Under the pieces are notes generated by a model. That model was given only the letters and a program-made list of their open reading frames with translations, searched no databases and had not been told where the DNA came from. From Sphagnum compactum (Eukaryota): a stretch of DNA of 64,000 bases. The stretch covers positions 36,446,213 to 36,510,212 of the forward strand of contig OZ234493.1 of NCBI GenBank assembly GCA_965153455.1, in the 5' to 3' direction. Below are positions 1 to 10,643 of the stretch, piece by piece (within the stretch, counting starts at the first letter, position 1; each line of letters opens with the position of its first letter). A program made the translations under genes and the position numbers.

Positions 1-1611
1 GCGACCCCATATTGTCATGTCTAAAGGGGAATGGTCTGAAATTCTTCTTATGGAGGGAGCGGGTTCAATTCTCCCTCCTCTGAAATCGATCTCATGTGAG
101 ACAAGAAACTTGTCTATTCTGGAGACGACTGACCCTGAGCCCACTCTCCCGTTGTCGTATGTGTAGTCTTTTTTTGTCATCTTTCTGAAACTATCCAAGT
201 TCTAGGCGTCCATCAGACCGTATTGCAGGGTCAGGTGGTGCCAGGAGGCGGCCTCCCTCCTGTGCATCCTTCTTTCCCCCGCCCTGCCTCTGCAATCGAC
301 TTCTTCCAGGTGATTAAAGTCTCCTCCTATTATAACGTGGTCGGCTGTGAACTCAGCTTCACTTATCCTTTTCCACAAGGGGGCCCTATCCCTGGAGGAT
401 CTGGGTGCGTAAGTGTTGATGATTGTCAGTTCGGAGCTATCCGGGAGGTGGAGGGTTATGTACTGAACTCTCCCTTCAGTTAGGATTCCATTTTCCATGA
501 TTAGATGTGCGGTCGCCCTGTTCGCCAGGATGGCGGTCCCGGCTGTCGCAACCCCACGTTGTCCAAGTGTGGGGGTGAAGCCCAACACTTGGAAAAGTTG
601 GAGGTTTGGAGTCCTCCGGGACTCCCGAATGTTCAGAGCTCAACAGCAAGCCCCAAAACACCTCGCATTGAGGTGTTCTTGGTGTCATTGGAAAGGTCTT
701 GAAACGTAGATATCGAAAATGGCCTGGCATTGGCCATTCGGACATCTGCAGCCCAAGTTATGGGCAAAAGAAGGGCCGGGAGTCAAACTGGCAGTTTGAC
801 TCCCGACCACTAAAAGTTGGGAATCGACCCTTTTCCGACGTTGCCTGAGGGAGTGCAACATGGCGTTGAAACGATCTCGACGAGGGCTACAACTTTGATT
901 CAGACCTCGTTGCAATCGAACTCTGTAGTCGGGAGTTATGGCCATTCAAAGTTCCGGGAGTCCCGCCGGGACAGTTTCGGGACTCCATTTCGGGAGTCCC
1001 AAGAAAATGTGCCATTTGGATGTAGCCTCCGTGACGAGCTGTAGAGAATACTATAAGGGGGAAGGTGGTGGCTTCCCCCGAGTTCGGGCCGTGGTGAGTC
1101 TTGTGTGTCCAATTGCCCGTGGCTTGTCCCAACACCCAAGGGTGTCCCGAATGCTAAACTAACCTCCCATGGTTGGTTTTTGGATGCAGATTCACACAAG
1201 CTAAGCTAGTCCCTCTTCCTAGTCTAATCCTGGGGCTTCCAACTCGACCCTCTACCCCTTTCTAGAATTGGAAGTCGGGAGCGTGCCCTTCGGTCCCAAC
1301 TTTCCGCAACTTCACATTGGTGAACCCTCAAGTGGGTTCACCCCGGGACCAAGGAGCACGTCACCGGCGCTGGTGCGCTGAGAGTTTCCCATCAGGATTC
1401 CCGGGTTCCAGAAGGCCTTGCCTTGCCAGAATTCGAGTCCCTTAGTTGAGTTGGAGACACCCAGCTCGTCCAGATGGTGCTCCTGAAAGAGGAGGATCTG
1501 CGGCGGGTTTTGGAGAGAGGTGATCCAAACTTTGATAAACTTTTGCTTGGGCGAGTCTTTGCCCAGCCCTCTGACGTTGAGGGAGACGAACGTCAGGGGT
1601 CTTTCAGACAT
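1..1611 (-). pseudogene. LINE ORF2 apurinic-like endonuclease domain, split by a solo LTR and carrying a premature stop
   Basis: MSERPLTFVSLNVRGLGK...GNSQRTSAG (1611 to ~1364) joins TAILANRATAHL...GGDFNH (~540 to 205) in frame once 544-1363 and one TSD copy are removed. TAG at 202-204 is probably a mutated TGG. Confidence 0.85.
544..1363. mobile_element. Solo LTR (820 bp) inserted into LINE ORF2
   Basis: Begins TGTCG and ends CGTCA (TG...CA with a short terminal inverted repeat). Flanked by the exact 5-bp duplication CCGGC at 539-543 and 1364-1368. No recognisable coding content; TATA-like TACTATAAG near 1050. Confidence 0.88.
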
Positions 1612-2936
1612 GGGCTGGAGGAGTAAAGGCGGCCTGCTGGCCGAACGATCCCTGGAGGCTGCCCTATGCAGGCTCTGAGTTTTGCGGGTTGAGGAGCTCT
1701 GCCATCTGGGTACCTGGGAAGGGGTTCGCCTCAGCTGTGAGGTTGGGCTCAACACTTCCCAGGTCTAGCCTTATGTACCTCCTTTTCCTGGCAGCCTGTG
1801 GCGAAGCACGAAGCCAGGATGCTCGCCATCCTATGCTTGTATATTTGGTGGTCAATGCGGGAGGGCCCATTCTTGAGGAGTAGGTCATGCGCCTCAGCCG
1901 CGAATTCGGCTTCGTTGTTCATGACTGTGATGGAATCAGTTTCCTTCCAGTGCAGGTGGTGCTTGTTTTGTACGCTGATTGTGCTTGTGCATGTGTGTAT
2001 ATGGGCGAGGATGGTACATTCCATCCCTCCCCTGCCTGGTTCTACTTGCCAACTCCACTCTAGGTGGAGGCATTACCTGATGGCGAGCTTGTACCTAAGG
2101 ATCTTCTCCTCCAGTTCAGCTTCCAGGCGCAGAACCAGATTCGCTTGGGCAGAGGCTTGGGTCCACCTTTCCTTCGAAGGGCTCGCCACTATGATGCTGA
2201 TCGGAAGGTCTGGGGGGCCTTGGTTCCTCGCCTGGACTAAAATTTGCTTTCGCTCGTTCTTGTCTCGCAATAAAACGGGCCAGACTCTTGCCTTGCAAAA
2301 GTCCTGACCTGCTGGGATTGGGATTCCCAGAGATTCAAAGTAAATATGATGCAGTTCCGAGTGCGTTTGCCCTCTCTTTCCACCCAGCGTGGAAGCTAGT
2401 CTGGGGGTGTGAGAGAGGTGCTGTGTTGGGTCATGTCGAGGAGAGACTATCCTAATCGGCAGTTTTTTCTAGAATGTCCATCCTCCCCTGAGGTCCTCGT
2501 TTAGCTTCTGAAGGCGATCGGTTCTGTGAGCTTCCTCACCAGTCTCTACGAATGGATTGTCGCTCACGGTTTTTCCATCCGTCGGGGTGATTGCTGGACC
2601 AATGATCCCAAAGTTCAGCCTGGCTCTCGGGGTGGACTCGTGGTTTGAAAGAGGAGAGGTCCCTTGCTGCGTCCTTTTTCGCACGTGGGGTGGGGAGGCG
2701 GTATGTTCGGCCATCTCCTGATCGAGACCAAGTGCGTGTGCGGGGGGAGGTGCCACCATTTTTCCTTCCTTTGCTGCGCCTCCTCTAGGTGCAAGGTTTT
2801 TGCTGGCAACGTGTTGGGGCTCCTCGAGGTGGTGGGTTCGCCTGCCAGCTTCCTCAACACCGTTGGGGTTTCCTTTTGCTGGGTGTGTGCGATCCTTGCC
2901 CAGCTGGTTCCCTGTCGTGATGGCATCAGTTGAGCT

Positions 2937-3767
2937 CTAGCGCTGCGCGCCAAGGGTCTTCTTCGGTGCTGTCTTCCGGATCCGGTCAGGAGGGGCCTTG
3001 GTAGGAATGCCCCCTCCTTGTGCTAGGGACCTGTTGAGTGGGCAGAACTTGGCCATGTGCCCAAGTTTTCGGCACTTTCTACACTGATTCGGCAGCCCAG
3101 AGTAAAGGATTCTCTGTGCTGTCGTGTCTCCTGTGCCTGCACCTTCGGCCATGGAGGGGATCCTGATGATCCCCGCCAGTTTGCTGATATCTCTGACCTC
3201 TACTGTGACCATGGGCCCCGCCGGCCTCTTGATGTAGGAGTCAGGGGATTCTATGTCAAGGACTTCACCTATGCTGCTGGCCATAATGGTCAGAGCTTTT
3301 GCTGAGCGAAACTGAACGTGGAGGTCCGGAAATTGTACCTTGACAGAGTGCGTGAGGAGCGATTCTGCCCCTTGCTCGTTGGGTCTGAAGTTTGTTGAGT
3401 ATTTTGAGAAGGAGAGAGCCCATCCGCTCCATTCCACCACCGCAAGTTTCCTTGTGGCTCTGGTTCCATCTTCATCCTCAAAGAGGATCTCAAAGTATCC
3501 TCTCATTAGGAGGGTTATTGTTGAGAAGGGCGCTGGGGAGTGGAGCTTGAGGCAGTCCAGCAGGTCTTTGTAGGAAGCTCTGCCTCCCAATGTTCTCCCG
3601 ATTACCGTTTTGTGCGCTTTTTGAGCCACGCTCCTTTGCATATCGAGCACCATGTCTGGCGGGAAGTCCACTTCGATCTCCAGATTGTAGTCTACAGGCG
3701 ATGGGCCTTGGGTGCCCTCCCCCAAGAGGGAGGGTGCTCCTGGCCCGCTGCCTGGGTGTGCGTTCAA
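2937..3767 (-). pseudogene. LINE ORF1 N-terminal part (RNA-binding region plus CCHC zinc knuckle)
   Basis: 276-aa ORF with GYFEILF, VKVQFPDL, SIGEVLDIE and a C-x2-C-x4-H-x4-C knuckle. The downstream continuation toward ~1664 is broken into several short ORFs. Confidence 0.8.
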
Positions 3768-3794
3768 AGATGCGTTGGAGTGATATATTAGAAT

Positions 3795-4160
3795 TATTGG
3801 TAAAGTAAGACAGACACAGCACTAAAACCCTGAGTTCGGTCATACACAGGGTGAGATTCCCAAAAAACCTGAAAAAAGTACATTAACATTCAAGGGGGGG
3901 TGAAACTCAGAAAACCATCAATTTTGGTGGTAAACTGAGTTTCATCCTGTCTTTCCTTTTTCCTGAGCGCCCCACTGCTGCTACATATATTTCACTGCTC
4001 TTACCTGTACAACTACTATAACTAGTCTCGAACCTTGTGCATTAAATGATGAGTTGGAGCATTTCATACTGTGATTTAATGAATCGTCCTTACTTTGTGG
4101 ATACCACTGAAAGAGCGGATAGGGGGTGAAAGGAGGCCCAAAGACAAGGTGAAAACAAGG
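3795..4160 (-). repeat. Dispersed repeat, inverted copy of the family at ~41400-41918
   Basis: The reverse complement shares ordered blocks GTCTTTGGGCCTCCTTTCAC, GTGGTATCC..AAGTAAGGA, CATTTAATGCACAAGGTTCGAGA, GGCGCTCAGGAAAAAAG and AACTCAGGGTT with 41428-41890. Confidence 0.8.
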
Positions 4161-4729
4161 TTACTTTACAGATAACTCTATTGGATATGCATTTTCATAT
4201 TTCACACCAATGCTTGTTGCCCTCCATTGTTTAATTGGCAGTGGTTAATTTCTAGCGCAGAAAGAGAGAGGGTGTCTAAGAGCATTGCAAACAGAACGAC
4301 ATTTGATTCGTTCACATTCACACGTATTTGGTGTTTGTTCCTTTTTGGACTTTTCAAATTAAAAGCCCAAGGAGTTACAAATGTGCCTCAGAAAAATCCA
4401 AAAAAAGATTGATGGTTGGAACCATCACATGGGAGACAAAAAGGGAAGGCCAAAGCCTTCACATAATGACTTTGAAGTTTAACCCTAGCTAATAAGTTTT
4501 CACTATTGATATGGGTGCTGCAGCAGAGTCTACTTTTGGCAATAAGCCTTCGAGAGGAAACTGCAGAGCGCAACATTGCCATAAACCCTAGTTTGATGCT
4601 GATTGTCGTATAGCGAAATGGGAGCTGAGGCTTTGGCTGAAAGCCAACCCCGATTCGCACGCCGCTAAACATCAGGCAAGTAAACTCAAAAATTTATTAA
4701 AATTTTTTTTTTTTGGGGGAAACTGCAAG

Positions 4730-7190
4730 AGCTCAACATATGTATACACTTGCCAAGGTGGATGCATTCTCGTTCTGGAAAAAGTACCGACCAAGGGCAC
4801 CCGTTGTGGACAAAATCAGTGCAGCTACGCTTTTGGAAGGCTTCCGCGGGTTAGTTGGCTAGTCTCTGCCAGCCATACGGCTGCGAATTGATCATTCGGC
4901 CCAGGTGACGGAACCTCCACCTAACCACACCCTAAACACAAATATCACACTTCCTGAGCTGCTTCAGGCGCTGAAGAAGCTATAAAGGAATAAGGCTGCT
5001 GGTTTAGATGGTATGAAAGCTCAATTCATTTTGGATGTGGGAGAGCTACTACACATGCCACTATTGACAGCGTTCAACTGCTTTTTGGCGGAAGGCTTTC
5101 GAGAAGCCCTTTCCACTAGGGTGGTCCACGCGCTCTTTAAAGGGGGTGATGCCTCCGAATTTGACAACTACAGGGGATAACTGTTGGGTCTATCCTAGCA
5201 AAGCTGTTCGCTATGATCCTTGACAAAAAGCTAAGCGAATGGGCTGAACAACATGGGTTGCGTGCCAAGAGTCAAGCTAGGTTTCGCAAAGATTACCGCA
5301 CTACTGACCAACTCTTCATATTGCGAACTTTGATAGAACAGAACAAGGCAAAAAAGAAGCCACTCTATTGTTGCTTTGTGGACTTCAAAAAGGCGTTCGA
5401 TATTGTGCCGCGTGAAGTGTTGTGGGAGGTGTTGGCTAGCCTCGGGGTGGAGGGACGCTTCTTGCGATGTATACCAAGGATACCGTATGCATCAACCACC
5501 CAAGTGAAGGTGTCCCTCCAGCCTCAAGTGCCAACAAGGTGTGAAGCAAGGTTGCCCTCTCAGCCCCCTATTGTTTGGGCTATATTCGGATGCCCTGGAG
5601 GGGTGCTTGGACGGCAGAGAATGCGATGCACCGACCCTAACAAATGTGCACGTATGGCTGTTGCTTTTTGCAGATGACCTTGCTCTGACGTCGGAGTCAG
5701 AGGTGGGACTGCAACACCAGCTAAACGCACTCTAGCAGTTCTGTGCTGAACGTGGACTTACAGTGAACGTGAAAAAAACAAAAGTCATGGTGTTCATTTC
5801 TGCTGACCCATGTCAAGAGTTTGTGTTTGGAGGTGATTCTATTAAGCATGTGCAGACCTTCAAATACCTTGGGATCCTGCTCAAAACCACCCCGAACCTG
5901 GACAGTGTAGTGGAACATCTAGCAGCTGCCAATAGGCGTTTGCTGTTCGCATTGAACCTCCGTTGTGCGGAGCTATGTATTATGGACGTCCAGTTACGCT
6001 GTGACCTCTTCAACACGATGGTGCGTTCCACAACAAGTTATGCCTGTGAGGTTTGGGTGGACTCCAAGAAAATAGAGGCTATTGAAGTAGTGTACCGAGG
6101 GTTCCTCAAGTCCTTGCTTGGGGTGCGAAAAACAACTAGCACGTCCATCGTGCTGGCAGAATTTGGCAAATTCCCCTTTGAAGACTTTGCATGGGGACAA
6201 GCACTGTTGTACTATAACCATGTGAGCACGGTCAGTAAAGACCGCATCTTGGGCAAAGCATGGGAAGCCCAACTCGCTATGCTTGCTACGGGAAAGAACT
6301 GTTGGGGTAGATCCGTGAAAAAATGGCTACTCAAGAATTAGCCCCAGGAGGTGGTAGGTTTTTTGCCTTTGGTTCAACCGTTGTTGGAAATGACGCCTAA
6401 GCCTGCAACAACCCGTGTGCTCCAAGCGAGGACTGCTCAATCGCTAGGAACGGCTCCTGAGACAACGCACATACACCCGACCTGTCTAGCAGGGGTGAGG
6501 GGCTGGGCGGAGAGCCAAATACTTTGGTGCAATGCGCACAATGTATGGGTGGGAGTTCAGATGGCTCAGCTGGCCGCGCTACAACTAATGCAACCGGTTG
6601 GTGCTAGATCTACGATAGGAGGCCCGATCAACCAGGAGACTGGGGCCCCACCCTTCCAAGTTTTCCCCACACAATATTGAGTGTAAAAAGGGTGAAGGAT
6701 AATATGCAACTAGCTTACATTGAAAATCTTTTTACCAACCGCGAGATTGGGACCAGCGTGCAGACAAGATATTTGCACTTCAAGGGTTTGTTGTACGAGA
6801 GCAAAAGCTACTTGTGTGACATTAGCTGCGTTCAGCTACGAAAAGCTCTAGCCCGGTTTCGATGTGGTAACACGCAACTTGAAGTAGTGCTAGGTGCGTG
6901 GAAGGGTGTGCCATACGCAGAGAGGCTTTGTCGAGGCTGCGATTTGGGGAAGGTTGAGGATGAAGAGCACTTGCTTCTTGTTTGTCCAAATACACAAAAA
7001 GTTAAGGAACACTTTTGTTCGACCTGCCCCTCACCCACACTAGCACTCTTGCTGAGCTCATGCAGACTACAAACACGGTCGCCCTGGCCAAGTTTATGGC
7101 ATGCTACTAGTACCAGAGAACAATCTGTCCTCCATGATCTACCTTTTGTCTAATGGACTCTCTAGTCCCAAACGGACGTAAAATTATAAA
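4730..7190 (+). mobile_element. 5'-truncated, degenerate non-LTR retrotransposon (RT plus C-terminal Cys/His motif; RTEX/L2-group-like)
   Basis: RT motifs KAAGLDG, NYRGI, YCCFVDFKKAFD, KQGCPLSPLLF, LLFADD and FKYLGI. C-terminal LARFRCG...ERLCRGCDLGKVEDEEHLLLVCP. Several stops and frameshifts; ends in an A-rich stretch near 7180-7190. Confidence 0.88.
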
Positions 7191-7538
7191 CAGATGTGAA
7201 ATCTTATTTGACTAGGGTCAAACTTAATTGGACTTGTGAGTTATGACCATGACTGCCTTCTTTTCTTTGCTTAATCTTTTTTTCTTTTTTTTTTTTAAAT
7301 TATGAGTTTGGAGTCTGGAGTCTGCACTTCTTTGCAGACTCTGTTATGGAATTTTCCAGTCAGAATTTTAGAGTTCATTGCAAGCATCGGATGCAGGATT
7401 TTAATGGCTACACTTTTGTCTAACCTGCTGCATGGAGATCTAAGAGTTAGATCTCTTACTGCAGCAAGCCCATGTTGTAAGGATGCATAGCAATAGAAGC
7501 TTGTAAGAGTGGATGCCCCCTCCATAATAGAGGCCAGA

Positions 7539-7943
7539 GTGAACCAGCACTAACCTGCACACCATTCGGGATGGATGGATGGATGAATGGTATGTGGAGT
7601 AGTGGATAGGAAACCCCTTTTCCTTGTACTCCTGTCCTATAGCTAACCACCGTGGTTAGCTATGGACGAACAGTTCAAATGTATCTATGTACTTACCTCG
7701 TAACCACCAAGTGCCATACTTACTGTCCTACCTACAGTAAGTAATAAGTAACCATTTACATTATCTACCTACTCACTATGATACTTACCCACTTACCTAA
7801 TTACCTAAGTAATGCAACGTAGAAGTAGGAGGTTTTACAAGATTGGTTACCAAAGTGGAACTTTGGTAACTTGGGTGTGGTTCATCCAAAACTGAGTCGT
7901 AACAGATTTCGAATGGATGATGCCCTGGTGGGTGCTGGGTCAC
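7539..7943. mobile_element. MITE-like element with degenerate ~30-bp terminal inverted repeats
   Basis: Left end GTGAACCAGCACTAACCTGCACACCATTCG versus reverse complement of right end GTGACCCAGCACCCACCAGGGCATCATCCATTCG. Non-coding TACC-rich interior; no clear TSD. Confidence 0.55.
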
Positions 7944-7975
7944 ATAATCTCATATTTTTGATACTTGCCATCAGC

Positions 7976-8310
7976 CTTTGTTGGCCTTGCCTACCAAGGC
8001 AAGGATATTGTGTCTAGATTCATTATAGAGTATAGAAGCTTAAAGGATTTTGGCCCCTAGGTAATAATAATAATAATAGGTCTATTTTTATATGAGGAAT
8101 TTTTGAAAGAATGATATTTTGGCTTGTGTTGAAACTTGAGATTAGTTATAAAGTCCTAATATTTTTGGTTTCTTTTAGAGGATTTTTTGAAGATTATGTT
8201 TTTGCATGGTGAAATATTTGAGTTTTCATAACTCTTCTTTTTGCCTGAAGATACTTTTTAATATAAATGGCAAGGCTGCGGTGTGACACACCCCTTGTTG
8301 TTTTTGGTTA
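7976..8310 (+). repeat. Dispersed ~330-bp repeat containing (AAT)n, copy 1
   Basis: CTTTGTTGGCCTT..CCTAGGTAATAATAATAATAATAGGT..GGCTTGTGTTGAAACTTGAGATT..GGTGAAATATTTGAGTTT; reverse-complement copies at ~17960-18290 and ~31610-31970. Confidence 0.85.
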
Positions 8311-8382
8311 ACTGGTGCACAAATGCACCCAAAAAAAGTGAAAAAGAAGAATGTTCTTTTGCTGACTCTTGAAAATATCACC

Positions 8383-8728
8383 AAATTTTATCACACCCCT
8401 GAAAGAAAGTTTTGCCATATTTCGACAGGTTCCTAGTGTTAAGTTTTTCTGCTAGATTTTTCTACTGTTTTGAGAGTCTTCCAATTTTATCACACCCCAA
8501 AAGAGAGTTTTGCCAGATTTAGACAGGTTCCTAGTGTTAAGTCAGGTTTTTCTGCCAGATTTTCTACTGTTTTCAGAGTTTTCCAATTTGATCACACCCC
8601 CAAAAGAGAGTTTTGTCATATTTGGATAGGCCCCCAAATAGAGTTATTGCCAGATTTAGACAAGTTCATAGGGTTAAGTCAGGTTTTTCTGCCAGATTTT
8701 CTATGTACTGTTTTGAGAGTTTTCCAAT
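8383..8728. repeat. Tandem repeat of ~100-bp units (about 3.3 copies)
   Basis: Repeated ATCACACCCC..GTTTTGCCAGATTTAGACAGGTTCCTAGTGTTAAG..TTTTTCTGCCAGATTTT..GAGAGTTTTCCAAT. Confidence 0.85.
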
Positions 8729-9344
8729 AACTTGTCCCCATGAAAGACAAATCCTTTCAGGGATGAATGATCCATCACCATCCATCACCAAAATGACCCC
8801 AAAAACAAGCTTGTCACCATCCAGTAACAGTAGGATCCTGTATCCAATTTGCTTCATTTTTTGCAAGAGATTAATTAAACACTGCAGCAGAATCACACAG
8901 GGCGCCAGACACCTGAACATGGCGTATTTTGGGGTTATTCACTTTCTTTCTTTGGAGGGTGTTTTGTAGCTATCGATATGTTGTTCAAAAAAATTTATTT
9001 TAAAACGATGGGAGCTTGGAGGGTGGTGTTTTGTAGCTGCCATCCTTAACACAAAGTTAAAGATGTGTATCATAATATTAGCTATACTCGTGTTCCTACA
9101 AAGCACAATCTCTCATGTGAGTCGTGGGGTTTGAATCAAGAAAAACCTCATTGGAAACATCAAGAGGTGTTCCTTAAACTGTTTGCAACTTGGATTTTCT
9201 TCATGTGTATATCATTCTTTGGTCCTGATAAACCATTCTTAGATTAGGAAGAAATAAGAAGAAATAAGAGTTGGTGTTCATTTCTACACGACCATACTAC
9301 AGAGTGTCTGCATTTAACACTATGTTACTAGTCTTTGACAAATC

Positions 9345-9446
9345 AATGGTACATTTGGGCTAAGATTCAACACGAGAGACTCACAAACCAACTGGTACGT
9401 TTGTGCTAAGATTCAACATGAGAGACTCACAAACCAATGGTACATT
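9345..9446. repeat. Tandem duplication of ~46 bp
   Basis: TGGTAC.TTTG.GCTAAGATTCAACA.GAGAGACTCACAAACCAA occurs twice, followed by a partial third start. Confidence 0.85.
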
Positions 9447-10643
9447 CAAGTGTCAAGACTTGCAACCCTAATTTTTCATGTCCTTAAGTTATGCACACCT
9501 ATCTACATATCCAATTACTGACAAGTTTCTACATACGAGTATGAACAACCATAAATATTCAATTCTTAGTCCCTGAAAACTTTCTAGGAAAAATAACAAA
9601 AGGTTTATGGATTTGTTCTGTACCGGAAAAGTCTTGATTGAATCGAAGTGCAGAGTTGACAGTAGCACTTCACTGCCAAGTGCAACTCTATCCATTGAAC
9701 TTTGTCAACCATCCTTCTTCCACCTCACACTTCGTAGCTACCTATGTAAACATACCATCCATCCTGCACAGTACACACTGCACTGGTGGGCACTGATTCA
9801 CTCTGAACCCACTTCACAGCAACTGTCACCTTTCAGATTTACATTGTAACTTGTAACACTTTTTCCACCAACAAGAAATTCTCCGGACCAATTGATTGCT
9901 CATCAATACGTCGATTGAAAGATCTGCTCATTCATTTTCCTGCCAGATAGTATAAGTATGCAGTAATATATAAGGCAATGAATCAGCAGATCTTCAAATT
10001 GACACAAGTACTCAACATTACCAGGAGTTACCTGGAATATAGTTACCAAGAAAACAGGTCTGACATGATGCAATTTTGAACTTTCGTAGAAGAAGGGTTA
10101 CCTGTCTGTCCACTGAACTAATATCCACCAGTACAAACTATAAACCACCTTCATTAGTGGTATTTAACAGAACAACCATAAGTCTCACCTCAAATCATTC
10201 ACTTATGCAGTCCCTTTGATGCCAAGTGTATCCATTTAATCCTGCACTGTCCAGTGCCGCTGATTATTCTGGATCTCATACCTCTTTTGACATTTCTCCT
10301 GAATCATTGTATCCCCTTCATTACTGAGGATGCTGCATTTACTACAGCATAAATTTGGCACAGACCCAAGTGCATAGAGCAGCCAGGTTTGAAAAGAACA
10401 TAACATCTGGAATCCAAGGAGCAAATAGAAGATATGATAGGAAAACTCTTGGTGTATTTTCACCAATTTTTTTGGGGACCTGCCAGTTGCTTCCTGATTT
10501 TTCTTGAAGTCCATAACTACTTTGTTGGTTCCTTGCTTGCCCATGCTTCTTTTTCTTTCTGTCATTCAGCGAAAAACAATCCTCCTGCTTTTCTTCCTCA
10601 CTCAGAAACCCCATTTTGCAAAAGCATAGTTGTTGAAGATAGT

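Larger units (their letters stand above)
1..3780 (-). mobile_element. L1-like LINE retrotransposon, 5' part (ORF1 plus ORF2 endonuclease), disrupted; continues beyond the left window edge
   Basis: ORF 2937..3767 resembles plant L1 ORF1 (DUF4283-like region, then zinc knuckle CRKCRKLGHMAKFC). ORF2 starts near 1611 with APE/EEP motifs SLNVRGL, FQEHHL, NTYAP, IIGGDFNH and, past an in-frame stop at 202-204, SRIDKFL. It carries stops, frameshifts and an insertion at 544-1363. Confidence 0.9.

Noticed and set aside
476..1199. Many short ORFs on both strands
   Set aside because: They lie within or overlap the GC-rich solo LTR and show no recognisable domains.
8383..8969. Repeats and ORFs 8470..8730 and 8613..8969 as a CRISPR array or a repeat protein
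   Set aside because: Units are ~100 bp with no unique spacers, the context is eukaryotic and there are no cas genes. The ORFs are by-products of the tandem repeat.
9900..10000. Hairpin as a miR159/319 precursor, because of CTCATTCATT
   Set aside because: The conserved mature sequence (TTGGA.TGAAGGGAGCTC) is absent; kept only as an unassigned hairpin.
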